The position numbers and the translations under genes were made by a program. A stretch of DNA of 64,000 nucleotides from an uncultured Eubacteriales bacterium (GTDB lineage Bacteria; Bacillota; Clostridia; Oscillospirales; CAG-272), in assembly GCA_900549725.1 (NCBI GenBank), contig URPL01000007.1, positions 6,031 to 70,030 of the forward strand. Reading direction: 5' to 3'. Below, piece after piece: positions 9,602 to 18,518 of the stretch (positions are counted from its first letter, which is position 1; every line of letters begins with the position of its first letter). Under the pieces are notes generated by a model. The model was given only the letters and a program-made list of their open reading frames with translations, searched no databases and was not told where the DNA came from.

Positions 9602-10180
9602 ATGATGAATGTTTTTGAATTCGGGCTGCTGCGCGGGCTGCATGAAGCGCTTGGATGTCCCTTCATGGATTTCTTGATGCCTCTTGTCACAAAGCTCGGC
9701 GACCATGGGATTTTCTGCATCGCCGTTGCCGTGGCGCTGCTGTGCTTCAAAAAGACGCGCCGCGCCGGCGTGATGATGGGCATTGCGCTTTTATGCGGAT
9801 TTATCTGCGGCAATTTGTTCCTCAAAAATGTGGTTGCGCGCCCGCGCCCGTATGATCTGCCGGGGGTGCAGGTCGATCTTTTGGTTGCGAGGCTGCATGA
9901 TTATTCGTTTCCCTCCGGGCACACGCTTGCCTGCTTTGAAATGGCAAGCGTGTTGATGCTGACGCACCGCAAAACCCTTGGCCCGCCGGCGCTTATCATC
10001 GCCGCCGCGGTTGCGTTTTCCCGCCTTTACCTCTTTGTGCATTATCCTACCGATGTTCTCGCGGGGGCACTGCTCGGAACTTTGTTCGGTTTTCTCGGGG
10101 TGTATCTCGGGCGGAGGCTTTACATGCGCGGCGAGATGTTTTTTGCCCGACGCGCCGCGGAGCGGGATACAAAAAAATAA
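9602..10180 (+). CDS. PAP2-family phosphatase (undecaprenyl-diphosphatase/BcrC-like)
   Basis: All three PAP2 motifs are present: KNVVARPRP, FPSGHT and SRLYLFVHYPTD. AGGAG SD. Lies 17 nt downstream of the EIIC-like gene. Confidence 0.75.
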   Translation: MMNVFEFGLLRGLHEALGCPFMDFLMPLVTKLGDHGIFCIAVAVALLCFKKTRRAGVMMGIALLCGFICGNLFLKNVVARPRPYDLPGVQVDLLVARLHDYSFPSGHTLACFEMASVLMLTHRKTLGPPALIIAAAVAFSRLYLFVHYPTDVLAGALLGTLFGFLGVYLGRRLYMRGEMFFARRAAERDTKK

Positions 10181-10195
10181 AGGGCGCAAACCGAC

Positions 10196-10240
10196 AAAAA
10201 ATGCACCCGCTGTCGATGCAGCGGGTGCTCTTTTTGTTTT
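10196..10240. terminator. Bidirectional intrinsic terminator
   Basis: Perfect 10-bp stem GCACCCGCTG / CAGCGGGTGC, with an A-run upstream and TCTTTTTGTTTT downstream. Sits between the convergent PAP2 gene and the 93-aa gene. Confidence 0.75.
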
Positions 10241-10255
10241 GCGATGGGATTTGGC

Positions 10256-10537
10256 TCAGCCTTTCAGCTCATGCGCCAACCATACAAGGCCGGTCTCAAG
10301 CGCCTGAAACAAGCCGTTTTTTTCTCCCTGCTTTAACAGAGAGCGGTCTTTGGTGCTCAGCAGCTGAATAAGCACGCGATCCGGAATTTCGGCATCGCCG
10401 AATTTTTTGTTTGTCAGAACGATCAAAAACAAAACGGCGGGATCATGCATATCCCCGTAGCAAAAGGAGTTTTTCTCTCTCACGAGGGGTTTGCCCTGAT
10501 AGGTCAGATACGTTCCGTCGAGTTTTTTCATTTCCAT
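10256..10537 (-). CDS. Hypothetical small soluble protein (93 aa) upstream of murA
   Basis: AAGGA SD 8 nt upstream of the ATG. Co-directional with murA, 51 nt upstream of it. I recognise no family. Confidence 0.5.
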   Translation of the reverse strand: MEMKKLDGTYLTYQGKPLVREKNSFCYGDMHDPAVLFLIVLTNKKFGDAEIPDRVLIQLLSTKDRSLLKQGEKNGLFQALETGLVWLAHELKG

Positions 10538-10588
10538 AGGATCATTCCTTTCCTTAAGGGATTCCGCGCCGCACGCGCGGCGGAAAAA

Positions 10589-11878
10589 TCAGTTGGCGGT
10601 GTCCATCGAAAAATCATCCGGAACGATCACGCGGCGGATATCCGCGCCGACACCGCGCAGCTTTCCGACCAAATCGTCATAGCCGCGTTCAATATGGTAG
10701 ATGTTTTCGATTTCGCTTTTTCCGTTTGCCGTCAGCGCAGCGATGACAACGGCAGCCCCTGCCCGCAGGTCCACCGCCTGAATCGGCGCGGCCGACAGCG
10801 GCTCGCCGCCTTCGACGATTGCCATTTTACCGTCAACCTTGATTTGTGCGCCCATGCGCTTGAGCTCTTCAACATAACGGAAGCGATTGTCCCAAACGCC
10901 TTCCGTCAGATAGCTTACCCCTTGTGCCAGGCAAAGCAGCACGCAAAGCTGCGGATGCACATCGGTCGGCAGACCGGGGTAGGGCTGTGTTCTTACGTCC
11001 GTGGGGCGGAGCGAGGCAGGACCCGTGACCAGGATCGAGTCGTCAAACTCCTCAATTTGCGCGCCCATTTCCTCAAGCTTTGCGGAAATGGATTCCAAGT
11101 GCTTCGGAATAACATTCCGAATGTGCAGGCGGCCCTTGGTCGCCGCAGCAGCGATCATATAGGTGCCCGCTTCGATCATATCGGGAATGATGGCATAGGT
11201 GCAGCCATACAGCCGATCGACTCCCCGAATTTTGATAACATCCGTTCCGGCGCCGCTGATGCGGGCACCGCAGGAGTTGAGAAAGTTTGCAAGATCGACG
11301 ACATGCGGCTCTCTTGCGGCGTTTTCAATGACGGTGGTTCCCTTGGCACGTGTTGCAGCTATGATCACATTGATCGTTGCGCCCACGGACACCTTGTCAA
11401 AAAACAGGTGAGCAGCATGCAGCCCGTTTGGCGTTTTCGCCTCCAGATAGCCGCCGTCCACGTTGACCTGCGCGCCCAGGGCGCGGAAGCCTTTGATATG
11501 CTGGTCAATCGGTCTGACGCCGAAATCGCAGCCGCCGGGACATCCGACATTTGCGCAGCCGAAGCGCCCCAGCTCGGCGCCCATGATATAATACGAACCG
11601 CGCATTTTTCGGACAAGATCGTACGGGGAAGAACCGCCCCGCACATGACGGGTATCGATCGTGACGGTGTTTTTATCCAGCCGCTTTACAGTCGCCCCCA
11701 TGCTCTGCAGGATCTCAAGGGAGTATGAAACATCTAAAATATTCGGCAGATTCTCCAGTGTGCAGACATCGTCCAGCAGCACCGTGGAGAGAATCACGGG
11801 CACTGCCGCGTTCTTCATGCCGCTGACATCAATGTCACCCATCAAGGGTCTTCCGCCTCGGATGATGTACTTTTCCAT
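10589..11878 (-). CDS. murA: UDP-N-acetylglucosamine 1-carboxyvinyltransferase
   Basis: 429 aa, full-length MurA-like translation ([25 protein letters not shown]..., active-site Cys region [15 protein letters not shown]). Confidence 0.92.
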   Translation of the reverse strand: MEKYIIRGGRPLMGDIDVSGMKNAAVPVILSTVLLDDVCTLENLPNILDVSYSLEILQSMGATVKRLDKNTVTIDTRHVRGGSSPYDLVRKMRGSYYIMGAELGRFGCANVGCPGGCDFGVRPIDQHIKGFRALGAQVNVDGGYLEAKTPNGLHAAHLFFDKVSVGATINVIIAATRAKGTTVIENAAREPHVVDLANFLNSCGARISGAGTDVIKIRGVDRLYGCTYAIIPDMIEAGTYMIAAAATKGRLHIRNVIPKHLESISAKLEEMGAQIEEFDDSILVTGPASLRPTDVRTQPYPGLPTDVHPQLCVLLCLAQGVSYLTEGVWDNRFRYVEELKRMGAQIKVDGKMAIVEGGEPLSAAPIQAVDLRAGAAVVIAALTANGKSEIENIYHIERGYDDLVGKLRGVGADIRRVIVPDDFSMDTAN

Positions 11879-12460
11879 AGGATATTGTTCTCCGTTCTAC
11901 CGCGCCCGTTACCGGGGCGGAGTTTAGGATTTGCACAGGCTGCGCATAGCGGGATATGCGGGCAGTTTTTGCCGCTGTGCGATGCCGTTTGTTTTTCTCT
12001 GTGCGGTGGTGCCCGCGGGGAAAAACAGAGCGGCAGAGTGGTTTGCGCCCGAAAAGCCTTGTGGTGCCAAAGCTGCAAGCATCAAACGCCAAGATACAGT
12101 ATAGCATGCTTTGGGGCGGCAAGGAACCCTTTCTTCTATAAATTCACAGTTAGTTATTTAATACTTAACATTTTATTAACAAGCAAAGCGAAATTCCGTC
12201 ATTTTTTGCGTGAGAAATCGGAGAATATGTTGTATTTTGGCATTCGGCGCCGCTTGAAAGCGCAAAGAAAGCGGAAAAAATACCTCATTTGTATCGTATG
12301 CAGCGCTCGGCGCCGGGGTGCAGTGTATTTTGACTTTGCTGTGGCAAAAGCGAGGTCGAATGCTTTTTGTGGGGGCAATCATTTCGCCGCGAAAATCGCA
12401 GCGGGCAACAACGCCCGGCGCAAAGCTCAGCGGTGCGTATATGGCTTCATGCGCCGCTTT

Positions 12461-13219
12461 TCAGATGCCGAACGGCAGGAACCCTCCGTCCACCCGCAAT
12501 ACCGTTCCCGTTAGAAATGAGGCGCGCACAAGGTATAAAACGGCATCCGCAACATCCTGCGGCGTGCCGAGCCTGCCCAGCGGCGTTGCGGCGGCGAGCG
12601 CCTGCTTTTCCTCGCTTGTATAGCAGTCGAGCATGGGGGTATCGATCACGCCCGGGCAAACGCATAAAACCCGAATGCCGCTCGGCGCAAGCTCAGCCGC
12701 CATTGCGCGGGAAAAGGCAATCACGGCGCCCTTGGAGGCGGAATAAACGGCTTCGCACGAAGCACCGCTTTCGCCCCAGATGGAGCCAATGTTGATGATC
12801 ACGCCGGATTTTTGATGCACCATGGCGGGATAAACGGCATGCGTTGTGTGCAGAACGCCGCCGAAATTGATCTGCATCAGGTGCTGCCATTGCGCGCAGG
12901 TGCGGTCGGTGAGCAGCCCGTTTTGCGCGACGCCTGCGCAGTTGACCAAAAGATCGATTTTTTTGTGCCGCTCCAAAATCTGCCCCACGGCATTTTGCAC
13001 GGACGCTTCCTCCGCAACATCCGCAAAAAGGCTTGTGCAGGCGCAGCCCTTTGCGCGCAGTGTATCACAAAGCGAGAGGGCGCGGTTTTTCCCGCTGTGA
13101 TATAGAACAACGGTGAAATAGCCTGCAAGGGCAAGCGCCTCGCTCACGGCGGCGCCGATTCCGCCCGCGCCGCCGGTGACCACGGCGACGGGCAAGCTTT
13201 GTTTTTTTGTATTTTCCAT
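12461..13219 (-). CDS. SDR-family oxidoreductase (3-oxoacyl-ACP-reductase-like)
   Basis: Has the cofactor motif VTGGAGGIGAAV and a YSASK catalytic block. I moved the start to ATG 13219 (MENTKKQ); the 99-aa N-terminal extension in the ORF track is Arg/Cys-rich junk. Confidence 0.8.
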   Translation of the reverse strand: MENTKKQSLPVAVVTGGAGGIGAAVSEALALAGYFTVVLYHSGKNRALSLCDTLRAKGCACTSLFADVAEEASVQNAVGQILERHKKIDLLVNCAGVAQNGLLTDRTCAQWQHLMQINFGGVLHTTHAVYPAMVHQKSGVIINIGSIWGESGASCEAVYSASKGAVIAFSRAMAAELAPSGIRVLCVCPGVIDTPMLDCYTSEEKQALAAATPLGRLGTPQDVADAVLYLVRASFLTGTVLRVDGGFLPFGI

Positions 13220-13349
13220 AACATCTCCCAAGGGACGGGAATCTATTTCCCGAAAAATTTTCGTTTTTTGTATAAAGCGGCGGCAAATGCGGCAACAGTG
13301 TAATCGGAATTGCTTTGCCGAAAATTGATTTGCCGAAGAGGGAAAAACG

Positions 13350-14039
13350 ATGCAACAAAACAACCAAGCCGTCAAAAACAAAAATCGGGCTGCGCGGCGC
13401 CTTGCGGCTCTTTGCGCGGGCGCGCTCGGCGCGCTTTTGCTTTGCTCGGTGCTGCCCGTATGCGGGGAGCAGAACGTGTACGGAGAGGTGGTGCGCCTGC
13501 ATGTGCTGGCAGCCACGGACAGCGCCGCGGATCAGGCGCTGAAATATGAGGTGCGCGATTTTATTCTGCAGCATTGCCGACAGAGCCTTTGGAAAGAGGC
13601 TGCCGATGCGGCAAAGGCAGTCGCGGCGCTGCGGCAGTGCTGTGGGGAGATCGAAGCGGCAGTCAATGCCTATCTTGCGCGCCGCGGCGCTGGATACGGC
13701 TGCACGGTCGATGTGAAAGAACAGTATTTTTCACGCCGCTGGTACGGCACCATGTGCTTCCCCGCCGGGGAGTATGAAGCGCTTGTGATAACGCTTGGCA
13801 CGGGGCAGGGGAAAAACTGGTGGTGCGTGCTGTATCCGCCGCTGTGCCTGCGTGCCGCAGGGGGAACGGGCGGCGAAAAGGATGAGGGAATCCGTGTCTC
13901 TGCGCAGAATCGCCGCGCGCTGGAAGAGGCAGGGGTGAGCAAAAGCGCAGCGGATATGCTCAGCGACGGCACGCGGCCGCGAATCCGGCTGAAGCTGCGC
14001 CTGGTCGAGATCATCGAGGCGCTGTTTGGGGGAGTATGA
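13350..14039 (+). CDS. spoIIR: Stage II sporulation protein R
   Basis: Signal/anchor sequence followed by the SpoIIR hallmark block VVRLHVLAATDSAADQALKYEVRD, and WWCVLYPPLC later on. Confidence 0.75.
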   Translation: MQQNNQAVKNKNRAARRLAALCAGALGALLLCSVLPVCGEQNVYGEVVRLHVLAATDSAADQALKYEVRDFILQHCRQSLWKEAADAAKAVAALRQCCGEIEAAVNAYLARRGAGYGCTVDVKEQYFSRRWYGTMCFPAGEYEALVITLGTGQGKNWWCVLYPPLCLRAAGGTGGEKDEGIRVSAQNRRALEEAGVSKSAADMLSDGTRPRIRLKLRLVEIIEALFGGV

Positions 14040-14042
14040 GGC

Positions 14043-15401
14043 TTAGTTTTTCAGAGAGTGAATTGGGGCGGGGATACGGCCGCCGCGCCCGATAAAGCGG
14101 GCGGGCGAAACGGTTTTCACCGGCATGATCGGCGCATGGCCGAGCAGCCCGCCGAAATTTACATCTTCACCGGCATGTTTGCCGCAAACGGGAATGAGAC
14201 GGACGGCGGTGGTTTTGGTATTGGCAACGCCGATGGAAATCTCATCTGCGATGATGCCGCAGATTACATCGGCGGGGGTATCTCCCGGTATGGCAATCAT
14301 ATCGAGGCCCACGGAGCAGACGGCGGTCATTGCTTCCAGTTTTTCCAGTGTCAAAATGCCGCGCTGCGCCGCCTCGATCATGCCTGCATCCTCCGAGACG
14401 GGGATAAACGCACCAGATAGCCCGCCGACCTGGGAGGATGCCATAACGCCGCCTTTTTTTACGGCGTCGTTGAGCAGGGCAAGCGCCGCCGTTGTGCCGG
14501 GTCCGCCGCAGCATGCAATGCCCATTTCCTCCAAAATTCTTGCAACGGAATCGCCGATCGCAGGGGTGGGTGCAAGGGAAAGGTCCACAATGCCGAACGG
14601 AACCCCCAGGCGCTTTGCCGCCTCCGAGGCGACGAGCTGTCCGACCCGCGTGATTTTGAAAGCGGTGCGCTTGACGACCTCCGCCAGCGCGCAAAGATCG
14701 CAGTCTCCCGCGCGGGCAATCGCACTCTGCACAACGCCGGGGCCGGAAACGCCGACATTGATCACGCAATCGCCCTCGCCGCAGCCGTGAAAAGCGCCCG
14801 CCATGAAGGGGTTGTCCTCCGGCGCGTTTGCAAATACCACGAGCTTTGCACAGCCGATGGAATCGCGCGCGGCGCTGCGGAGGGCGGTTTCTTTGATCAC
14901 CTCGCCCATTTTTGCAATGGCATCCATGTTGATGCCTGCCTTTGTGGAAGCGACATTGACGGAGGAGCAGACAAGCTCCGTTTCGCACAGCGCCTGCGGA
15001 ATCGCATCAATCAGCGCCCGATCGGCAGGGGTTGTGCCTTTTTGCACAAGCGCGCCGAAGCCGCCGATGAAATTCACGCCGAGCGTTTTTGCGGCGCGGT
15101 CCAGCGTTTTGGCGAGTAAAACATATCCGTCCGAATCGCTTTTTCCGCCGATGAGGGAAAGCGGCGTGACGGAAATGCGCTTGTTGATGATCGGAATGCC
15201 GTATATTTTTTCAAGCTCTTCCCCGGTTTTGACCAGGTGCTCCGCTTTTTTTGTGATCTTGTCATAAATATTCTCTGCCAGGCGCCCGGTATTGTCGCTG
15301 ACGCAGTCAAACAGGGAAATGCCCATGGTGACGGTGCGGATATCGAGATTTTCCTGGCGGATCATATTGACGGTTTCCAGAATGTCGTTGATATTCAGCA
15401 T
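14043..15401 (-). CDS. UPF0210 / DUF711 family protein (function unknown)
   Basis: 452 aa with the N-terminus [30 protein letters not shown], typical of the UPF0210 family. Immediately follows its usual ACT-domain partner gene. Confidence 0.8.
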   Translation of the reverse strand: MLNINDILETVNMIRQENLDIRTVTMGISLFDCVSDNTGRLAENIYDKITKKAEHLVKTGEELEKIYGIPIINKRISVTPLSLIGGKSDSDGYVLLAKTLDRAAKTLGVNFIGGFGALVQKGTTPADRALIDAIPQALCETELVCSSVNVASTKAGINMDAIAKMGEVIKETALRSAARDSIGCAKLVVFANAPEDNPFMAGAFHGCGEGDCVINVGVSGPGVVQSAIARAGDCDLCALAEVVKRTAFKITRVGQLVASEAAKRLGVPFGIVDLSLAPTPAIGDSVARILEEMGIACCGGPGTTAALALLNDAVKKGGVMASSQVGGLSGAFIPVSEDAGMIEAAQRGILTLEKLEAMTAVCSVGLDMIAIPGDTPADVICGIIADEISIGVANTKTTAVRLIPVCGKHAGEDVNFGGLLGHAPIMPVKTVSPARFIGRGGRIPAPIHSLKN

Positions 15402-15410
15402 GGCGGCTCC

Positions 15411-15680
15411 TTAAATGCGGTGCATGGAATCGAAAATATCCTCATGCATGGTGTGGATGATAAACCCGTTTTCTTCTCCCAGGCGGTTCATCTGCTCCAC
15501 AAAGACGGGGAAGGGAACGGTGAGCGCGTCGATCTGCACGATCATGATCATTGCAAAATAATCCTGCAGCACGCTTTGCGAAATATCGCTGATATTGGCG
15601 TTGTACTGCGCGCATTTTGCGCTGACCTTGGCGATGATGCCGACGATATCGCGGCCGGTTACGGTAATGACAGCTTTCAT
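15411..15680 (-). CDS. ACT-domain protein (UPF0237 family)
   Basis: 89 aa from ATG 15680 (MKAVITVTGRDIVGIIAKVS) with an AAGGAAG SD. The ORF-track start at 15737 lacks an SD. Confidence 0.75.
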   Translation of the reverse strand: MKAVITVTGRDIVGIIAKVSAKCAQYNANISDISQSVLQDYFAMIMIVQIDALTVPFPVFVEQMNRLGEENGFIIHTMHEDIFDSMHRI

Positions 15681-15804
15681 TTGTTTACTTCCTTTCGGAT
15701 CCGGGGATTTTAACATATTTTTAATAGTGTAGCTCAAAACTGTGTCGAATGCAAGAAAAAACGGTGCGAAATTGTAAAAAAATATGAAACAGAGCGTGTT
15801 TTGC

Positions 15805-15833
15805 CTTGAAAAGACGCCGCCCTTGTGCTATGA
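15805..15833 (+). promoter_or_regulatory. Sigma-A promoter TTGAAA-17-TGcTATGAT
   Basis: Read directly from the sequence. Lies about 60 nt upstream of the membrane-protein start at 15895. Confidence 0.45.
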
Positions 15834-15894
15834 TAATCAGGAAATACCTCCGGAAACACCGAGGCACCGGAGCCAAAAAAAGGGGTTGAACTGT

Positions 15895-16443
15895 ATGGAC
15901 AATATGGAACTGTCCTATCGGATTGAAAAAGCGGTTGAGGGAAATTATAAAACGCAGCGAATTTTGATGCGCTGCCTGATTGTATTTCTGTGCCTTTTGC
16001 CGTTTGCGCTGTTTATCTTTTTCTCCAAGCTTTCCTGGGTCATCTTTTTGATCGTCCCGGTCTGGATCGGTCTGATGCTCAAAGGTGTCGGCCCGCTGCT
16101 GTTTTCCTTTGTGCAGATTCAATATCAGTATACCATCAAGGATATGGGAACCTTCACCTTCTACATCATCCGCGGCTCTCATAAGCCGAAGCTGATCTTC
16201 CAAAGCAAGATCAAGGATTGGAAGAAGATCGCCCCCTTTGCACCCGAGGTGCGCGAGGCGGTGCTGAAAACCCCTGTTGTGTATGATGCGCTTCCCTCCC
16301 AAACGACCTTTAAGGAGGATGCATATTATGCGTTGTTCACCGATGAAAACGGTCAGGAATGCGCCGTGCTGTTTGAGGCGCCCGAAAAGACCGTCAAGGC
16401 ATGCAAGTTTTATAACAGTCAGAACACGGTAACCGCCGGCTGA
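15895..16443 (+). CDS. Hypothetical membrane protein
   Basis: Start taken at MDNMEL (AAAGGGG SD). Two predicted TM helices (LIVFLCLLPFALFIFF, VIFLIVPVWIGLML). No recognisable family. Confidence 0.5.
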   Translation: MDNMELSYRIEKAVEGNYKTQRILMRCLIVFLCLLPFALFIFFSKLSWVIFLIVPVWIGLMLKGVGPLLFSFVQIQYQYTIKDMGTFTFYIIRGSHKPKLIFQSKIKDWKKIAPFAPEVREAVLKTPVVYDALPSQTTFKEDAYYALFTDENGQECAVLFEAPEKTVKACKFYNSQNTVTAG

Positions 16444-16546
16444 GCCTGTTTTGCCCGCCCCGAAGAGCGCCGGCCTGCCCGTCTCTTCGGGGTGTTCATA
16501 TTTTCTCTCCCCTGCGGCATAGAAGTAGTTGAAAGGGGAGAAGAAA

Positions 16547-17083
16547 ATGATGGCAAGAGCAAGAGTATGGTGCTGCGCGGCTGCGGCTGCGCTTTTTTTG
16601 GTATCCTGCGGGCGGGCGGAGAAAAAAACACAGGCGTTTGCGGCGCTGTTTTCCGAGCCGTTTTCCCTGCAGGGCACGCTGAATTATGAAGAAAATGTGC
16701 TGGCGGTTTCCGTTTTGCACGGAGCGGAGAAAACGGTTTTGACGCTGACGGACGGTGCGCTTGCAGGCTGCGGCTTTGCCCTTGAAAAGAGGGACGACGG
16801 CACGGAGCAGCTCAAGGCGTTCTGCGAGGATGTGCAAATGCCGTTTGCGGCGCGGGACGGCATTTTGCAGCTGTTTGCGGCGCTGGCACCGACAGCGGAG
16901 GAGCTGCTGCCGCGCGCCGACGGCTTCGAAAGCACCGGCGGCGTGCGCTATACCGTGCAAAAGGACGGAACGCCGCGCGCCGTGCAATGCGCGGAGCTGA
17001 CATTGCGGATTGAGGCATTTGAGCAAGCCGCGCCGGAGGAACCGGAGGCGGCAGCAAAGGAGACGGAATATGACGGAGTATGA
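16547..17083 (+). CDS. Hypothetical lipoprotein
   Basis: AGGGGAG SD. Signal peptide with lipobox (AALFLVSC). No recognisable family. Overlaps the alr start by 14 nt. Confidence 0.5.
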   Translation: MMARARVWCCAAAAALFLVSCGRAEKKTQAFAALFSEPFSLQGTLNYEENVLAVSVLHGAEKTVLTLTDGALAGCGFALEKRDDGTEQLKAFCEDVQMPFAARDGILQLFAALAPTAEELLPRADGFESTGGVRYTVQKDGTPRAVQCAELTLRIEAFEQAAPEEPEAAAKETEYDGV

Positions 17084-18218
17084 AAAAAACTTCACCCCGC
17101 GCACCTGTGCAATCATTCATGAACGGGCGCTTTGCGAAAATTTCGCTTTGCTGCAAAAGCAGGCAGAGGGCGCGCGCGTTTGCTGCGTGGTGAAGGCGGA
17201 CGCCTACGGCCACGGGACCGAGCGGGTTGTACGGGCGCTGCGGCGCGCAGGGGCGGATTATTTTGCCGTTTCCTGTGTGGAGGAAGCGGCGGCGGTGCGC
17301 GCGGCGCTGGACGGCGCGCGGGAAATCCCGATTCTGATTCTCGGCTATACGCGCCCCTGCCATATTCCCTATCTTGTGCGGGAAAACATCACGCAGGCGC
17401 TGCTCGGGAAAGAATATGCCGAGGCGGTTTTGCCCATGGTGCCCCGCGGCGAGCGGCTGCGGGTGCATATTGCCGTTGATACGGGGATGAACCGCATCGG
17501 ATATGCGCCCGATGAAACCGAGGCGATGCAAAGCCTGTTTGAAAGAGAGCAGCTTTCCGTAGACGGTATTTTTTCGCATTTTTATGCTTCGGACGAGCCG
17601 AAGAGCGCGGCGACCATGCAGCAATATCGATTGTTTTGCGCCTGCGTGCAGGCGGTGCAAAACGCAGTGGGGCGAAAGCTGCTTGTTCACATTGCAAACA
17701 GCGCCGCCATTTCCAATTTTCCCGCCATGCATTGCGACATGGTGCGCGCGGGCATTTCCCTGTACGGCATTAAGCCCTCCGCCCTGACCGCCGTGGACGG
17801 CTTGCAGCCCGTGATGACGCTGATGACGATGCTTTCCCATATTCATACGGCAAAGGCGGGCGAGGTCGTCGGCTACGGTGCGGGATATACCGTTCCGCAT
17901 GCAATGCGCATCGGCACGCTGCCCATCGGCTATGCAGACGGCTATCTGCGCGCATATGCGGGCGGGCATGTATTGATCCGCGGCAAAGCGGCGCCGCTGC
18001 TGGGGCGCATTTGCATGGATCAATGCATGGTCGATCTCAGCGAAATTCCGGATGCCGCGGTGGGAGACGCCGTGGAGCTGTTCGGGCAGGGTGCTCTTAC
18101 GGCGGATACGCTTGCCGCGCGCGCGGGGACGATTCCCTATGAGGTGTTGTGCCTGCTTTCCAAGCGCGTCGTACGCCTGAGCGAGGAGGAAGCGCACGCC
18201 ATCGCGCAGGAACGGTAA
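17070..18218 (+). CDS. alr: Alanine racemase
   Basis: PLP-lysine block VVKADAYGHG and a C-terminal ICMDQCMVD block. Start at ATG 17070 with an AAAGGAG SD. Confidence 0.9.
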   Translation: MTEYEKNFTPRTCAIIHERALCENFALLQKQAEGARVCCVVKADAYGHGTERVVRALRRAGADYFAVSCVEEAAAVRAALDGAREIPILILGYTRPCHIPYLVRENITQALLGKEYAEAVLPMVPRGERLRVHIAVDTGMNRIGYAPDETEAMQSLFEREQLSVDGIFSHFYASDEPKSAATMQQYRLFCACVQAVQNAVGRKLLVHIANSAAISNFPAMHCDMVRAGISLYGIKPSALTAVDGLQPVMTLMTMLSHIHTAKAGEVVGYGAGYTVPHAMRIGTLPIGYADGYLRAYAGGHVLIRGKAAPLLGRICMDQCMVDLSEIPDAAVGDAVELFGQGALTADTLAARAGTIPYEVLCLLSKRVVRLSEEEAHAIAQER

Positions 18219-18243
18219 CGGTTTCGTTTTGTTTTTAAAAACA

Positions 18244-18272
18244 TTGACAATGAAAGAAAAATACGGTATACT
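18244..18272 (+). promoter_or_regulatory. Consensus sigma-A promoter TTGACA-17-TATACT
   Basis: TTGACA at 18244..18249, a 17-nt spacer, TATACT at 18267..18272. Read directly from the sequence. Confidence 0.6.
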
Positions 18273-18278
18273 GTACAC

Positions 18279-18399
18279 AGATAAGCTGAACCGCTGAAAA
18301 CCAAAAGCGAAAGATGCATTGCTGTGTGCATTTTCCGAGAAGATTGATTCGTTTGCGGCACAAAGCAAGGCATTGTTCTTGCTTTGTGCTTTTTTGTTT
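18279..18399 (+). ncRNA. Candidate cis-regulatory leader (attenuator/riboswitch-like) or small RNA
   Basis: A roughly 120-nt unit bounded by the consensus promoter and a perfect 12-bp terminator. The segment TTGCTGTGTGC (18319..18329) can pair 10/11 with the terminator 5' arm, giving an antiterminator. It is itself sequestered in a local ATGCA/TGCAT hairpin (18314..18331). I recognised no Rfam family. Confidence 0.4.
18358..18399 (+). terminator. Intrinsic terminator
   Basis: Perfect 12-bp stem GCACAAAGCAAG / CTTGCTTTGTGC, an 8-nt loop, then TTTTTTGTTTG. Confidence 0.75.
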
Positions 18400-18518
18400 G
18401 TGTCGGAAGTTTGGCTTCAATTTTTAAGGATTTTTGCAGCTTTGTTCGTCTAAATGTTTTGATTGCATAACGAAAGAGGCGATACCAATGAACAATTTGA
18501 CCTGTACTTAACTTAATT

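Noticed and set aside
13269-13299. Sigma-F-type promoter for spoIIR (TGTATA-16-GGCAACAGT)
   Set aside because: It matches the -35 GCATA / -10 GGnRAnAhTw consensus only partially, and the spacing is 1-2 nt too long. That is not strong enough to call from sequence alone.
12461-13516. N-terminal 99-aa extension of the SDR ORF
   Set aside because: The extension is Arg/Cys-rich, runs through the divergent spoIIR promoter region, and precedes a well-placed ATG (13219) directly before the Rossmann motif.
16812-18368. 518-aa ORF on the minus strand
   Set aside because: It is antisense to alr and the lipoprotein gene. It has no motifs and extends across intergenic signals.
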